Assembly (NCBI GenBank): GCA_019923605.1
Contig: JAHXGM010000002.1
Span: 1 to 51,731 of the forward strand
Source of the DNA: Candidatus Nealsonbacteria bacterium
GTDB lineage: Bacteria > Patescibacteriota > Minisyncoccia > Minisyncoccales > CSSED10-335
Reading direction: 5' to 3'
DNA: 51,731 bases
Both the position numbers and the translations under genes were made by a program. Shown in pieces: positions 37,826-46,165 of this stretch. Position 1 is the stretch's first letter. Each line of letters starts with the position of its first letter. The notes under the pieces were generated by a model. The model saw only the letters and a program-made list of their open reading frames with translations. It searched no databases and had not been told where the DNA came from.

Positions 37826-39208
37826 ATGAAAAGATTTCATTTAAATTCACAAAAGGTAAGAAAAATTGCCCCGTTAGTACCTTTTTTCGTGCTAATTTTT
37901 TTTGTTTTTGGGATATTAATAAGAGAGATAGACAAGTTTAATAATCTTATAAATCAGAATTTGACGATTGCAGGGCGCTATGAATGGCTAGAAATTTCTA
38001 TTGCCTCAACTAATACTCCTTATTATTTACCGTTGTTAGACTCTGTAAAAAGAAAGATGATATTTTCTGGAAGTGATTTTCTGGAAGTTCATCTAGAAGA
38101 TATGGTAACAAGAATTTACCGTAAAGGGGTATTAGAAGAAGAGGTTCCAATAGCAGCTAGAGGTAATTGGAAAAATTGGGGTGGTAGTCCAGCTGGAATT
38201 TATCAGGTTTTATCGATGTTTAGACTGGGATTATCTGCTTTGGGTGAAATTTATGTTCCATATGCTATTAAATATTATGGCAATTATTTCCTTCACGGAA
38301 TTCCCTACCATAAAAATGGAAATGAAATAAATTCTGAATTTTCTGGAGGATCTCTAAGATATCTCAATAATCACGCTTCAACTATCTTTGATTTTTCCTA
38401 TGAAGGCTTGCCAATCTTAGTTGTTGACAAGGAAAGAGATAGTTTTGAATATTCAGGAATAGAAAGCTTTAGTGTCTTTCCAGAACTATCTGCCCAAAGT
38501 TTTTTGATAGCAGATATGGCTTCTGGTTTAGTTCTTGCTGATAATAATTCAGATGAAAGGCTTTCAATCGCTTCAATAACCAAATTGATGACCGCCGTAG
38601 TTGTTTCAGAGAATGTTGCTTTAAATAGATCAGTTAGTATCACTGATCAAATGTTAGGAGTTTACGGCTATACTCCAGGGATGAAGGTTGGAGACCGGTT
38701 TCGATTAATTGAATTAATATATCCATTATTATGTAGATCATCTAATCAAGTAGCTGAAGCTATGGCTGGTTTTATGGGTCGAGAAAAAACTCTTAATTTA
38801 ATGAATAAGAAGACTTCATCATTAATGATGAATCATACTCAATTCACTGATCCATCAGGACTAGACAGTGGAAACATATCTACTGCAAAAGACCTTTTCT
38901 ATTTGGCGCGATATATATACTATAATCGTAATCCGTTGTATCGTATATCTAAAGGGGAGATAGTCCACCCTCTTCAAAGTCATAAATTTGATATTAAGAA
39001 TAGAAACATCTTTATACACGACCATACTTTTGTGGGTGGTAAGACTGGATTTACAAATGCTGCCGGACAGACAGGTATATTCGTTTTTAGAATGTCTTAC
39101 AATGGATCGGAAAGAAATATAGTAATGATTTTCTTAAATTCTAAGAGCGTAAGAACTGATACCCAAAGAACTTATCGTTGGTTATTAGATAATAATTTTA
39201 CGAAATAA
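37826..39208 (+). CDS. Fusion protein: YkuD (L,D-transpeptidase)-like domain with Cys-to-Ser in the catalytic motif, plus an S11 D-alanyl-D-alanine carboxypeptidase domain
   Basis: N-terminal TM segment. The YkuD-like region is SPAGIYQV...YFLHGIPYHKNGNEINSEFSGGSLRYLNNHA, compared with the consensus HG...SxGCxR. The C-terminal PBP5-like motifs are SITK (SxxK), SSN (SxN) and KTGFT. Confidence 0.7.
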   Translation: MKRFHLNSQKVRKIAPLVPFFVLIFFVFGILIREIDKFNNLINQNLTIAGRYEWLEISIASTNTPYYLPLLDSVKRKMIFSGSDFLEVHLEDMVTRIYRKGVLEEEVPIAARGNWKNWGGSPAGIYQVLSMFRLGLSALGEIYVPYAIKYYGNYFLHGIPYHKNGNEINSEFSGGSLRYLNNHASTIFDFSYEGLPILVVDKERDSFEYSGIESFSVFPELSAQSFLIADMASGLVLADNNSDERLSIASITKLMTAVVVSENVALNRSVSITDQMLGVYGYTPGMKVGDRFRLIELIYPLLCRSSNQVAEAMAGFMGREKTLNLMNKKTSSLMMNHTQFTDPSGLDSGNISTAKDLFYLARYIYYNRNPLYRISKGEIVHPLQSHKFDIKNRNIFIHDHTFVGGKTGFTNAAGQTGIFVFRMSYNGSERNIVMIFLNSKSVRTDTQRTYRWLLDNNFTK

Positions 39209-39210
39209 AA

Positions 39211-40191
39211 ATGTTAATTGATGATATCACTATTAAAGTAGTTTCAGGAAAGGGTGGCGATGGAATCGCTGTTTTTAGCAAGGAAATGATGACCCTTGGT
39301 CCAACTGGTGGTGATGGTGGTGATGGAGGGAGTGTTTATTTCGAAGGAATTCCTGACATAGGAGCATTGAGTAGTTTCCGATTCAAGAAAGATTTTGTTG
39401 CAAAATCAGGAAAGAATGGTCAAGAAAATTGTAGAAGTGGACCCAAGGGAGAAGATTTAATGCTTAAAGTTCCTCTAGGTACAGTAATTTATAATCTTGA
39501 TACTGATGAGAAATACGAAATTGTAAAAATTGGAAAAAGAACACTTGTTGTTAAGGGAGGAAAGGGCGGAAGAGGTAACTTTTCTTTCCGTTCATCAACT
39601 AAAACTTCACCTGAAAAATTTACCTATGGAAGAGAGGGAGAAGAAGTTAATATTAGACTTGAGCTTAAATTAATTGCTGATATAGGATTAATAGGTCTTC
39701 CCAATGTTGGTAAATCCACTCTTTTAAATGAGCTAACTGGTTCCAAGGCGAAGGTTGCTAATTATAAGTTTACTACATTGGAACCAAATTTAGGTGTTTA
39801 TTATGATTTGATTTTGGCTGATATTCCTGGACTTATTGAGGGTGCTTCATCTGGAAAGGGACTGGGAATTAAGTTTTTAAAACATATTGAAAGGACAAGG
39901 TTTTTATTTCATTTAATATCAGTTGAATCAGATGATCCCGTTAATGATTACAAGACAATAAGAAAGGAGATGGAAAATTATAGTGAAGAATTAGCTAATA
40001 AGCCGGAATATATTATTATAAGTAAGTCTGATCTAGTAGAAAAAGAAAAACTGGACGGAATGATTAATAATCTTAAAAAGTTTTCCTCAACTGTTCTACC
40101 CATCTCTATATATGATTTTGATAAAATGAAAGAGTTGGAAAAATTACTTAGTAAAATACTAGAAGAGATAAAAGAAAATGCAGCGGAATAA
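39211..40191 (+). CDS. obg: GTPase Obg/CgtA
   Basis: Glycine-rich Obg fold (GKGGDGIAVF, GGDGGDGG, GGKGGRGN). G motifs GLPNVGKSTLL, DIPGLIEGA and SKSD. Confidence 0.92.
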   Translation: MLIDDITIKVVSGKGGDGIAVFSKEMMTLGPTGGDGGDGGSVYFEGIPDIGALSSFRFKKDFVAKSGKNGQENCRSGPKGEDLMLKVPLGTVIYNLDTDEKYEIVKIGKRTLVVKGGKGGRGNFSFRSSTKTSPEKFTYGREGEEVNIRLELKLIADIGLIGLPNVGKSTLLNELTGSKAKVANYKFTTLEPNLGVYYDLILADIPGLIEGASSGKGLGIKFLKHIERTRFLFHLISVESDDPVNDYKTIRKEMENYSEELANKPEYIIISKSDLVEKEKLDGMINNLKKFSSTVLPISIYDFDKMKELEKLLSKILEEIKENAAE

Positions 40192-42955
40192 GGATCAAGT
40201 AAGAGCCATCAATCATAATGATGGACCAGCTATAGTTATAGCATCAGCAGGAACCGGCAAGACCGCTGCTATAACCTCACGCATAGTAAGAATTATTTCT
40301 GACAAAAAGGCCGAGCCAGACCAGGTTCTGGCCCTTACTTTTACTGATAAGGCTGCAAGTGAAATGGAAGAAAGGGTAGAATTAATGCTTCCTCAATCAT
40401 ATGCCTATGCCGATCTTTGGATATCTACATTTCATTCTTTTTGTGATCGAATACTTAGAGATAATGGCCTTAGCATTGGAATACCCGTTGATTATAAAAT
40501 TATTGAAGGAAGTGCTATATGGATTTTAATAAGAAAAAATATTGATAAGTTTAATTTTGATTACTATAAGTCGTTGGGTAATCCGAGTAAATTTATAAAT
40601 TCTTTAATTGATCATTTTTCTCGATGCAAGGATCAAGGTATTGGCCCAAAAGAATATCTATCTTTGGCAAAGAAGGTAAAAGAAGACAAAGATAGAGCAT
40701 TAGAATTAGCAAAGGCTTATGAGACATACCAGAAGATTCTAATAGACAATAATTATTTAGATTTCGGAGATGTTATTAACTACTCAATATTGTTTTTTAA
40801 AAAACGCCCCCTTATTCTTAAAAAATATAGAGAACAATTTAAATATATCCTTATTGATGAGTTTCAGGATACTAACTCAGCTCAGTATGAGTTAATAAAG
40901 TTATTATCAACCCCAAAGAATAATTTAATGATTTGTCTTGACCCGAATCAATCCATATATCAATGGAGGGGGGCGTCTACACTAAACATTGATAGTTTTA
41001 AAAAAGACTACCCGGAATTTAAGGAAATTGTTCTTTCTAAGAATTATCGATCTCTTCAAAATATACTTGATGTAGCTTGTAGGTTTATAGATGGAAAAAA
41101 GGGATTATCGGCACATAGGGAGGGAGAGGGCGTAATTGAACATCTACACTTTAAAACTTCGGATCATGAATATAATGGTGTGGTTGGTAAAATAAAAGAG
41201 ATTAAGGATTCAAATAAAAATCTTAGCTTTAGTGACTTTGCTGTTTTAGCTAGATCTAATAGTGAGGCTAATAAGTTTGCCAGAACTTGTGAAAGATTGG
41301 GTATGCCTTATGAATTTCTTTCATCCAAGGGACTATATCAGAAGCCAATCATTTTAGACGTTATTGCATATTTTAATCTTCTTGATAATTATCATGAAAA
41401 TTCTGCTGTATATCGGTCTCTTAATTTCCCATTCTTAAAAATATCTGGTGAAGAGATTGCCGTTATAACTCGTTATGCTCATAAGAATTCAATATCAGTT
41501 TATACATCATTGAAAGAAATAGAGTCAATTCCCGGGATAAGCAAAAAGACGGTTAAGAAGATTCAAAAATTGATGGAATTAATTCTTTATCATACCGAAC
41601 TATCATTAGATAAGAATATTTCAGAAGTTTTCATTTCCTTTTTACAAAAATCTGAATATCTTAAGTTCTTAGCTAAAAAGGGTGAGAAGGAGGATATTGA
41701 ATATATCAATCTTTTTTATAATCGAATTAAGAGCTTTGAAGAATCGAGCTTTGATCCGAAATTAAAGAATTTTATGGAAGAATTAAACCTTGAAATAGAA
41801 TCTGGTGATTCCGGTAAACTAAACCTTTCCCTTGATCTTGATTCTAATGCTGTAAAAATAATGACAGCGCATAAAGCAAAGGGTCTTGAGTTTAGGTACG
41901 TTTTTATTATTTCATTGGTAGATAGGAAATTTCCAACTGATCAAAAATCCAACACAATAGAACTAATTGGAGGGATATTAAATGAAGATATTTCCCAAAA
42001 AGATATTCATATGCAAGAAGAAAGAAGGTTATTCTATGTTGCTATGACCAGGGCAATGGACGGATTATTTTTTACATCGGCCAATGATTACGGAGGTGTT
42101 AAGAATAAAAAGGTGTCTAGGTTTTTAATAGAATTGGGGTATAGCCCCAGCCTTGACACTGGGGTTTCAGGAATTAATTTATCTGTAAAAAAGAAGGTTA
42201 TTAATAAAGAAAAATACTTTTTACCAGATTACTTTTCTTTCACCCAATTAGCTACTTTTTCTAAATGTCCACTTCAATATAAATTTGCTCACATTCTAAA
42301 AATACCATTAGGAGATCGGCCAAATTTTGTTTTTGGTAAATCAATGCATAATTCAATTCATAATCTTGCAGAAGCATTTCTTGAAAAGAAAATCTCCCTC
42401 AAGGAGGCCTATCAAATATATGAAAAAAATTGGATTAACGAATGGTACCGTGACCGTAAAGAAAGAGATGATTATTATAAGCTTGGTAAAGATATCATTA
42501 AAAATTTCTATAAAGATTTTTCAGAGAACAGACCTAAGATTTTTTTAATAAATAATAAACCGGCTTTCGAGCAGAAATTTTCATTAAAAATAGGCGGTTA
42601 TTATATAAAGGGAAAGATTGATAGAATAGACGAATTTGAAGACGGCATTGAAGTGATAGATTATAAAACCGGATCTTTTAAAGAAAAATTAACCTTTGAA
42701 GAAAAATCTCAATTATTTATATATCAGATTGCGCTTCAAGAGTCTTTGGGAATAAAAGTAAATAAACTTACCTATCATTATCTTAATGAGGGACGTTTAT
42801 TGTCATTTAAGGCCAAAGATTCTGACTTGGAAAAAACAAGGAATAAGGTTATTGAAAATATAACTAATATTAAAAATAGTAATTTCAATCCTACGCCCGG
42901 CTGGAATTGTCGGTTTTGTGATTTTAATAATATCTGTGAATACGCAGTAAAATGA
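40178..42955 (+). CDS. UvrD/PcrA/AddA-type SF1 helicase fused to a C-terminal Cas4/AddB-like PD-(D/E)XK nuclease with a four-Cys cluster
   Basis: Helicase motifs ASAGTGKTA, ILIDEFQDTN, DPNQSIYQWRGA, KNYRS, TAHKAKGLEF and RRLFYVAMTRA. Nuclease motifs FSFTQLATFSKCPLQYKF, GKIDRID, VIDYKTG and QLFIYQ, with a terminal CRFCDFNNIC. Confidence 0.85.
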   Translation: MQRNKDQVRAINHNDGPAIVIASAGTGKTAAITSRIVRIISDKKAEPDQVLALTFTDKAASEMEERVELMLPQSYAYADLWISTFHSFCDRILRDNGLSIGIPVDYKIIEGSAIWILIRKNIDKFNFDYYKSLGNPSKFINSLIDHFSRCKDQGIGPKEYLSLAKKVKEDKDRALELAKAYETYQKILIDNNYLDFGDVINYSILFFKKRPLILKKYREQFKYILIDEFQDTNSAQYELIKLLSTPKNNLMICLDPNQSIYQWRGASTLNIDSFKKDYPEFKEIVLSKNYRSLQNILDVACRFIDGKKGLSAHREGEGVIEHLHFKTSDHEYNGVVGKIKEIKDSNKNLSFSDFAVLARSNSEANKFARTCERLGMPYEFLSSKGLYQKPIILDVIAYFNLLDNYHENSAVYRSLNFPFLKISGEEIAVITRYAHKNSISVYTSLKEIESIPGISKKTVKKIQKLMELILYHTELSLDKNISEVFISFLQKSEYLKFLAKKGEKEDIEYINLFYNRIKSFEESSFDPKLKNFMEELNLEIESGDSGKLNLSLDLDSNAVKIMTAHKAKGLEFRYVFIISLVDRKFPTDQKSNTIELIGGILNEDISQKDIHMQEERRLFYVAMTRAMDGLFFTSANDYGGVKNKKVSRFLIELGYSPSLDTGVSGINLSVKKKVINKEKYFLPDYFSFTQLATFSKCPLQYKFAHILKIPLGDRPNFVFGKSMHNSIHNLAEAFLEKKISLKEAYQIYEKNWINEWYRDRKERDDYYKLGKDIIKNFYKDFSENRPKIFLINNKPAFEQKFSLKIGGYYIKGKIDRIDEFEDGIEVIDYKTGSFKEKLTFEEKSQLFIYQIALQESLGIKVNKLTYHYLNEGRLLSFKAKDSDLEKTRNKVIENITNIKNSNFNPTPGWNCRFCDFNNICEYAVK

Positions 42956-42993
42956 TTTTACAATTTTACTAAAAAGTTGTATAAGTTGGTGAA

Positions 42994-43752
42994 ATGAAAA
43001 ATAATAATATAAATGAAAAAGGATTTACCTTAAAATTTGTTTTAATTTTTATTGCAATATTTATTGTAATGATATTAATTGCTTTTGCTCTTTTAAAGAA
43101 TAAGAATGATGCCGAGGCTACGGTTATAAATGATTTTTACCAAGAACTTCTTAATGGAGGAGTTGAATTTGATAAATACTTAAGTAATGAATTTATAAGA
43201 AGAATAAGTCAGGGAGAAGTTTCTCATAATGAGATATTTTTATGCACATCTGATTTTAAAGAGAATTTTGAATTAAAAGAAATAAAAAAAAGGGATAATT
43301 ATTTTTCAGTTATTACCAATATACCCAATACTGACATTGAAGTTTATACAATAAAAGAAGATGATAAATGGAAGATAGATGTTATTGCCTGTATAATTAA
43401 TGGAGGAAATGAAATAGTTAAAACAGATGAATTAAAAGAAACCCATAATGAAGCTGTTGTAGAGGAGGAGATTGCGGTTGAAAAAAAAGAAATCTCTTAT
43501 TCGGAGAAATTTAAAGTTCCGGTAGAAAGGGCAAAAAAAGACCTTTCTTTACGAACTGGAATTAATGGTAGCGAGATATTGGTGGTAGATGTTCAAGCTG
43601 TAGTATTTTCCGATTCAAGCCTTGGAACATCAAAGCCGGGTGAATCTTATTTACAAGTACTTACTCCTGGATATGTTGTGGTTCTCTCTATTAATAATGT
43701 TATTTATCAATATCATTTAGATGAATCTATGCTGATATTAATAAATAGTTAG
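42994..43752 (+). CDS. Hypothetical exported protein with a type IV pilin-like N-terminus
   Basis: MKNNNINEKG|FTLKFVLIFIAIFIVMILIAFALL resembles a class III (prepilin) signal, but has Phe where the +5 Glu is expected. The C-terminal module reads VFSDSSLGTSKPGESYLQVLTPGYVVVLSINNVIYQYHLD. Confidence 0.45.
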   Translation: MKNNNINEKGFTLKFVLIFIAIFIVMILIAFALLKNKNDAEATVINDFYQELLNGGVEFDKYLSNEFIRRISQGEVSHNEIFLCTSDFKENFELKEIKKRDNYFSVITNIPNTDIEVYTIKEDDKWKIDVIACIINGGNEIVKTDELKETHNEAVVEEEIAVEKKEISYSEKFKVPVERAKKDLSLRTGINGSEILVVDVQAVVFSDSSLGTSKPGESYLQVLTPGYVVVLSINNVIYQYHLDESMLILINS

Positions 43753-43811
43753 TTGCTATTTTCCCCCTTCCAATGTTGGCCTTTTTATGCTAATCTTTAA
43801 ATCAAGAAATT

Positions 43812-44066
43812 ATGCTTAAAAAAAAGAAATTATTCGTAATAGTAGGGTTATCCGCACTAATCGTTTTCCTTGCGCTGGGTTTTTTCATTCTTTATTCAAA
43901 TGATTTAGAAATATTTTCTTCAGGAGAGGATATTAGATTTAAGCCAAGATCTGAGTTAAATGTAGAGGAAATATTGAATAATATGGATTCAATGGAAAAA
44001 GAGGAGATTGAAGAGACAATAAAAAATATAGAGAAAGAAATAGATAGATTAAAATCAAGCTTATAG
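43812..44066 (+). CDS. Small N-terminally anchored hypothetical protein
   Basis: 84 aa. KKKKLFVIVGLSALIVFLALGFFIL anchor followed by an acidic coiled-coil tail. Confidence 0.45.
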   Translation: MLKKKKLFVIVGLSALIVFLALGFFILYSNDLEIFSSGEDIRFKPRSELNVEEILNNMDSMEKEEIEETIKNIEKEIDRLKSSL

Positions 44067-44106
44067 ATGATTTAAAGGTCGGTCTAAAAATTAAAAAGAA
44101 TTAAAT

Positions 44107-44394
44107 ATGTCTAAGAAAAATTTAATCATCATCGGAGTTGTAGTTCTTATCTTAGTTATTATCTTTATAGTAATGGCAAGAGCAAGAGGAACAGAAGAAG
44201 TTATCCCTGATATTATCGAAAAAGATTTGATTATCGATGAGGAACCTGACTTTGCACCAATTCCATACCCAATGGAAGAGGGTCAAGAGGAACCTGACCT
44301 TGCACCAATTCCAGTCCCAATGGAAGGGGGTCAAGAGGAAATAGACCTTGCACCAAGGCCAGTCCCAATGGAAGGGGGTCAGAATAGATTATAG
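44107..44394 (+). CDS. Small N-terminally anchored protein with three 16-aa Pro/Glu-rich tandem repeats
   Basis: 95 aa. LIIIGVVVLILVIIFIVM anchor, then EEPDFAPIPYPMEEGQ / EEPDLAPIPVPMEGGQ / EEIDLAPRPVPMEGGQ. Confidence 0.5.
   Translation: MSKKNLIIIGVVVLILVIIFIVMARARGTEEVIPDIIEKDLIIDEEPDFAPIPYPMEEGQEEPDLAPIPVPMEGGQEEIDLAPRPVPMEGGQNRL
44239..44382 (+). repeat. 3 x 48-bp in-frame tandem repeat
   Basis: Units at 44239-44286, 44287-44334 and 44335-44382 are nearly identical at the nucleotide level (GAGGAACCTGACYTTGCACCAATTCCA...). Confidence 0.9.
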
Positions 44395-44428
44395 AGATTC
44401 CAGTTGAAGAGTAATTATTAAAGCCAAG

Positions 44429-44456
44429 CTCCCCTCGATAAGAGGGGAGTTTTTTT
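44429..44456 (+). terminator. Strong intrinsic terminator
   Basis: CTCCCCTC-gataa-GAGGGGAG followed by TTTTTTT. Confidence 0.85.
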
Positions 44457-44505
44457 ATTAAACTTGTTTTTATAATACTTATGTAATAGAATTATTATTA
44501 ATTAT

Positions 44506-44712
44506 ATGGTTGGTATAATTTCAATTACTATTTATATCCTTATTGCGACCATCTCTTTGGTGAGTGCAATAACAATATTTTATCATTTCAAGAAATTTAA
44601 TTTACCGGATGATAAAAATGCTCAACAAATATTGTCTATTTTTAAATGGGGGATAATCTTTTTTCTTTTTGTTAGTTTTGCCTTTTTAATTTTATTTATT
44701 ATTTATGATTAA
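44506..44712 (+). CDS. Small two-TM membrane protein
   Basis: 68 aa with two hydrophobic helices. Its end overlaps the start of the next gene by 8 nt, which suggests translational coupling. Confidence 0.4.
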   Translation: MVGIISITIYILIATISLVSAITIFYHFKKFNLPDDKNAQQILSIFKWGIIFFLFVSFAFLILFIIYD

Positions 44713-45277
44713 ATTTAGAGAGGGAGAAAAAATATACGAAGTTAAAAGAAGGCATCCTTTCGTTATTATCAAAAGTCTTTTAATGATCGGATTATTGTTT
44801 TTAATTGTTTTGATATTTATGTTTATATTGTTTTTTACTTCTTTTTCTTTTCCAGAATTTTTAACAGATATAGCACCTTTTCTTTTAGAAGTTCAAATTC
44901 GTTTTTTGGGACTTTTCGCTTGTTCGCTCATCCTTTTAATCCTTTGGCAAAGTGCCTTTATTTCATTTGCTAATTATTATCTTGATTGTTGGATTATTAC
45001 AAGTGAAAGAACGATTCACACGGAACTCAAATCTTTTTTTAGTAGAATTATTTCCAGTGTTTCTCACTCTAAAATTCAGGACATTACAATAAACATTAAG
45101 GGATTTCTACCAACTATATTGAAATATGGAGATCTTCAAATACAAACTGCCGGTAAATTCCATGAATTTATTTTTAAAGAAATATCAAACCCTTATGAAA
45201 CTAAGGAAGTAATATATAAAGCCAAAAAAGATATGGAAAAAGGAGGTATTTATACGGAAGAAAACAATAATGTTTAA
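44705..45277 (+). CDS. Membrane protein with a bacterial PH (bPH_2/YdbS-YdbT-like) domain
   Basis: Two N-terminal TM helices, then DCWIITSERTIHTELKSFFSRIISSVSHSKIQDITINIKGFLPTILKYGDLQIQTAG, which is typical of the DUF304/bPH_2 fold. Confidence 0.55.
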   Translation: MIKFREGEKIYEVKRRHPFVIIKSLLMIGLLFLIVLIFMFILFFTSFSFPEFLTDIAPFLLEVQIRFLGLFACSLILLILWQSAFISFANYYLDCWIITSERTIHTELKSFFSRIISSVSHSKIQDITINIKGFLPTILKYGDLQIQTAGKFHEFIFKEISNPYETKEVIYKAKKDMEKGGIYTEENNNV

Positions 45278-45472
45278 TAATTACTTTGTTTTGATAAAAC
45301 ATATTTATTAATATTTTATGGTGAATATTTTCAACCAAAAGAATATCACTTACTTAGAGTGTATCTTTTATCAGAAAGATAAATATTTTTCTTTCCGAAG
45401 AGATAAACCCAAAAAAGTGGAAGCTATGTTGGTGGTAGTAGGTCTTAATTAATAACAAATTAATAATAAAAA

Positions 45473-46156
45473 ATGATATTAACATATATTAATTTCTCGG
45501 ACAAAGAAGATGCTAAAGATGTTGCAGCGGACCTTGTGGCAAGCGGTTTAGTTTATTCTGTCGATATACTCCCGGCTGAAACTATTTATGCCATAGAGGG
45601 CAGGGTAGCAGAAGAAAAATCATACTCTCTTATGTTTTATGCTGAAAAGAATGATTTAAAGAAAATAGACGAATACCTAGATGAAATGACTAAATGTGAT
45701 TGTTGCTGTGAACCAACAGTAGTCGTGGGTGGAACTTTTGACCACTTTCATAGAGGCCATGAAGAATTACTTAAGACAGCTTTTTCTTTAGGTGATGTTA
45801 GTGTAGGACTTACATCTGACAAAATGGCTAAAGAAAGAAAGGGGAGGACAGTAGAGCCTTTTCTAGAAAGAAAAAAGACAATAGAGTCTTTTGCTAAAAA
45901 TTTCAGAATGCAAGTGGATATTAGGAAAATAGAGGATGAGTTTGGTTTTGCAGTAGATGAGGATTTTGATTATATTGTCGTTTCTAAAGAAACTAAAGAT
46001 GGAGCAATAAAAATTAACAAAGAGAGAAAGAAAAAAGGTGTAGATCCAATTGAACCTGTGACCGTAAAGCTTCTTTTGGCAGAGGACAAAAAACCAATAT
46101 CTTCAACTAGAATAGCAAATAAGGAAATTGATAGAGATGGAAAGCTTATTAAATAA
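45473..46156 (+). CDS. Fusion of a CutA1-like N-terminal domain with an archaeal/eukaryote-type phosphopantetheine adenylyltransferase (COG1019-type cytidylyltransferase)
   Basis: Residues 1-70 (DKEDAKDVAADLVASGLVYSVDILPAETIYAIEGRVAEEKSYSLMFYAE) align with CutA1. After a CDCCC linker, VVVGGTFDHFHRGHEELLKTAF...VGLTSDKMAKE...YIVVSKETKDGAIKINKER...ISSTRI matches the archaeal PPAT family. Confidence 0.7.
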   Translation: MILTYINFSDKEDAKDVAADLVASGLVYSVDILPAETIYAIEGRVAEEKSYSLMFYAEKNDLKKIDEYLDEMTKCDCCCEPTVVVGGTFDHFHRGHEELLKTAFSLGDVSVGLTSDKMAKERKGRTVEPFLERKKTIESFAKNFRMQVDIRKIEDEFGFAVDEDFDYIVVSKETKDGAIKINKERKKKGVDPIEPVTVKLLLAEDKKPISSTRIANKEIDRDGKLIK

Positions 46157-46165
46157 TTGATTAAA

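Noticed and set aside
45318-45452. 44-codon ORF (MVNIFNQKNITYLECIFYQKDKYFSFRRDKPKKVEAMLVVVGLN) upstream of the CutA-PPAT gene
   Set aside because: It has no recognisable motif or ribosome-binding site. It is noted only because the 195-bp gap is otherwise unexplained.
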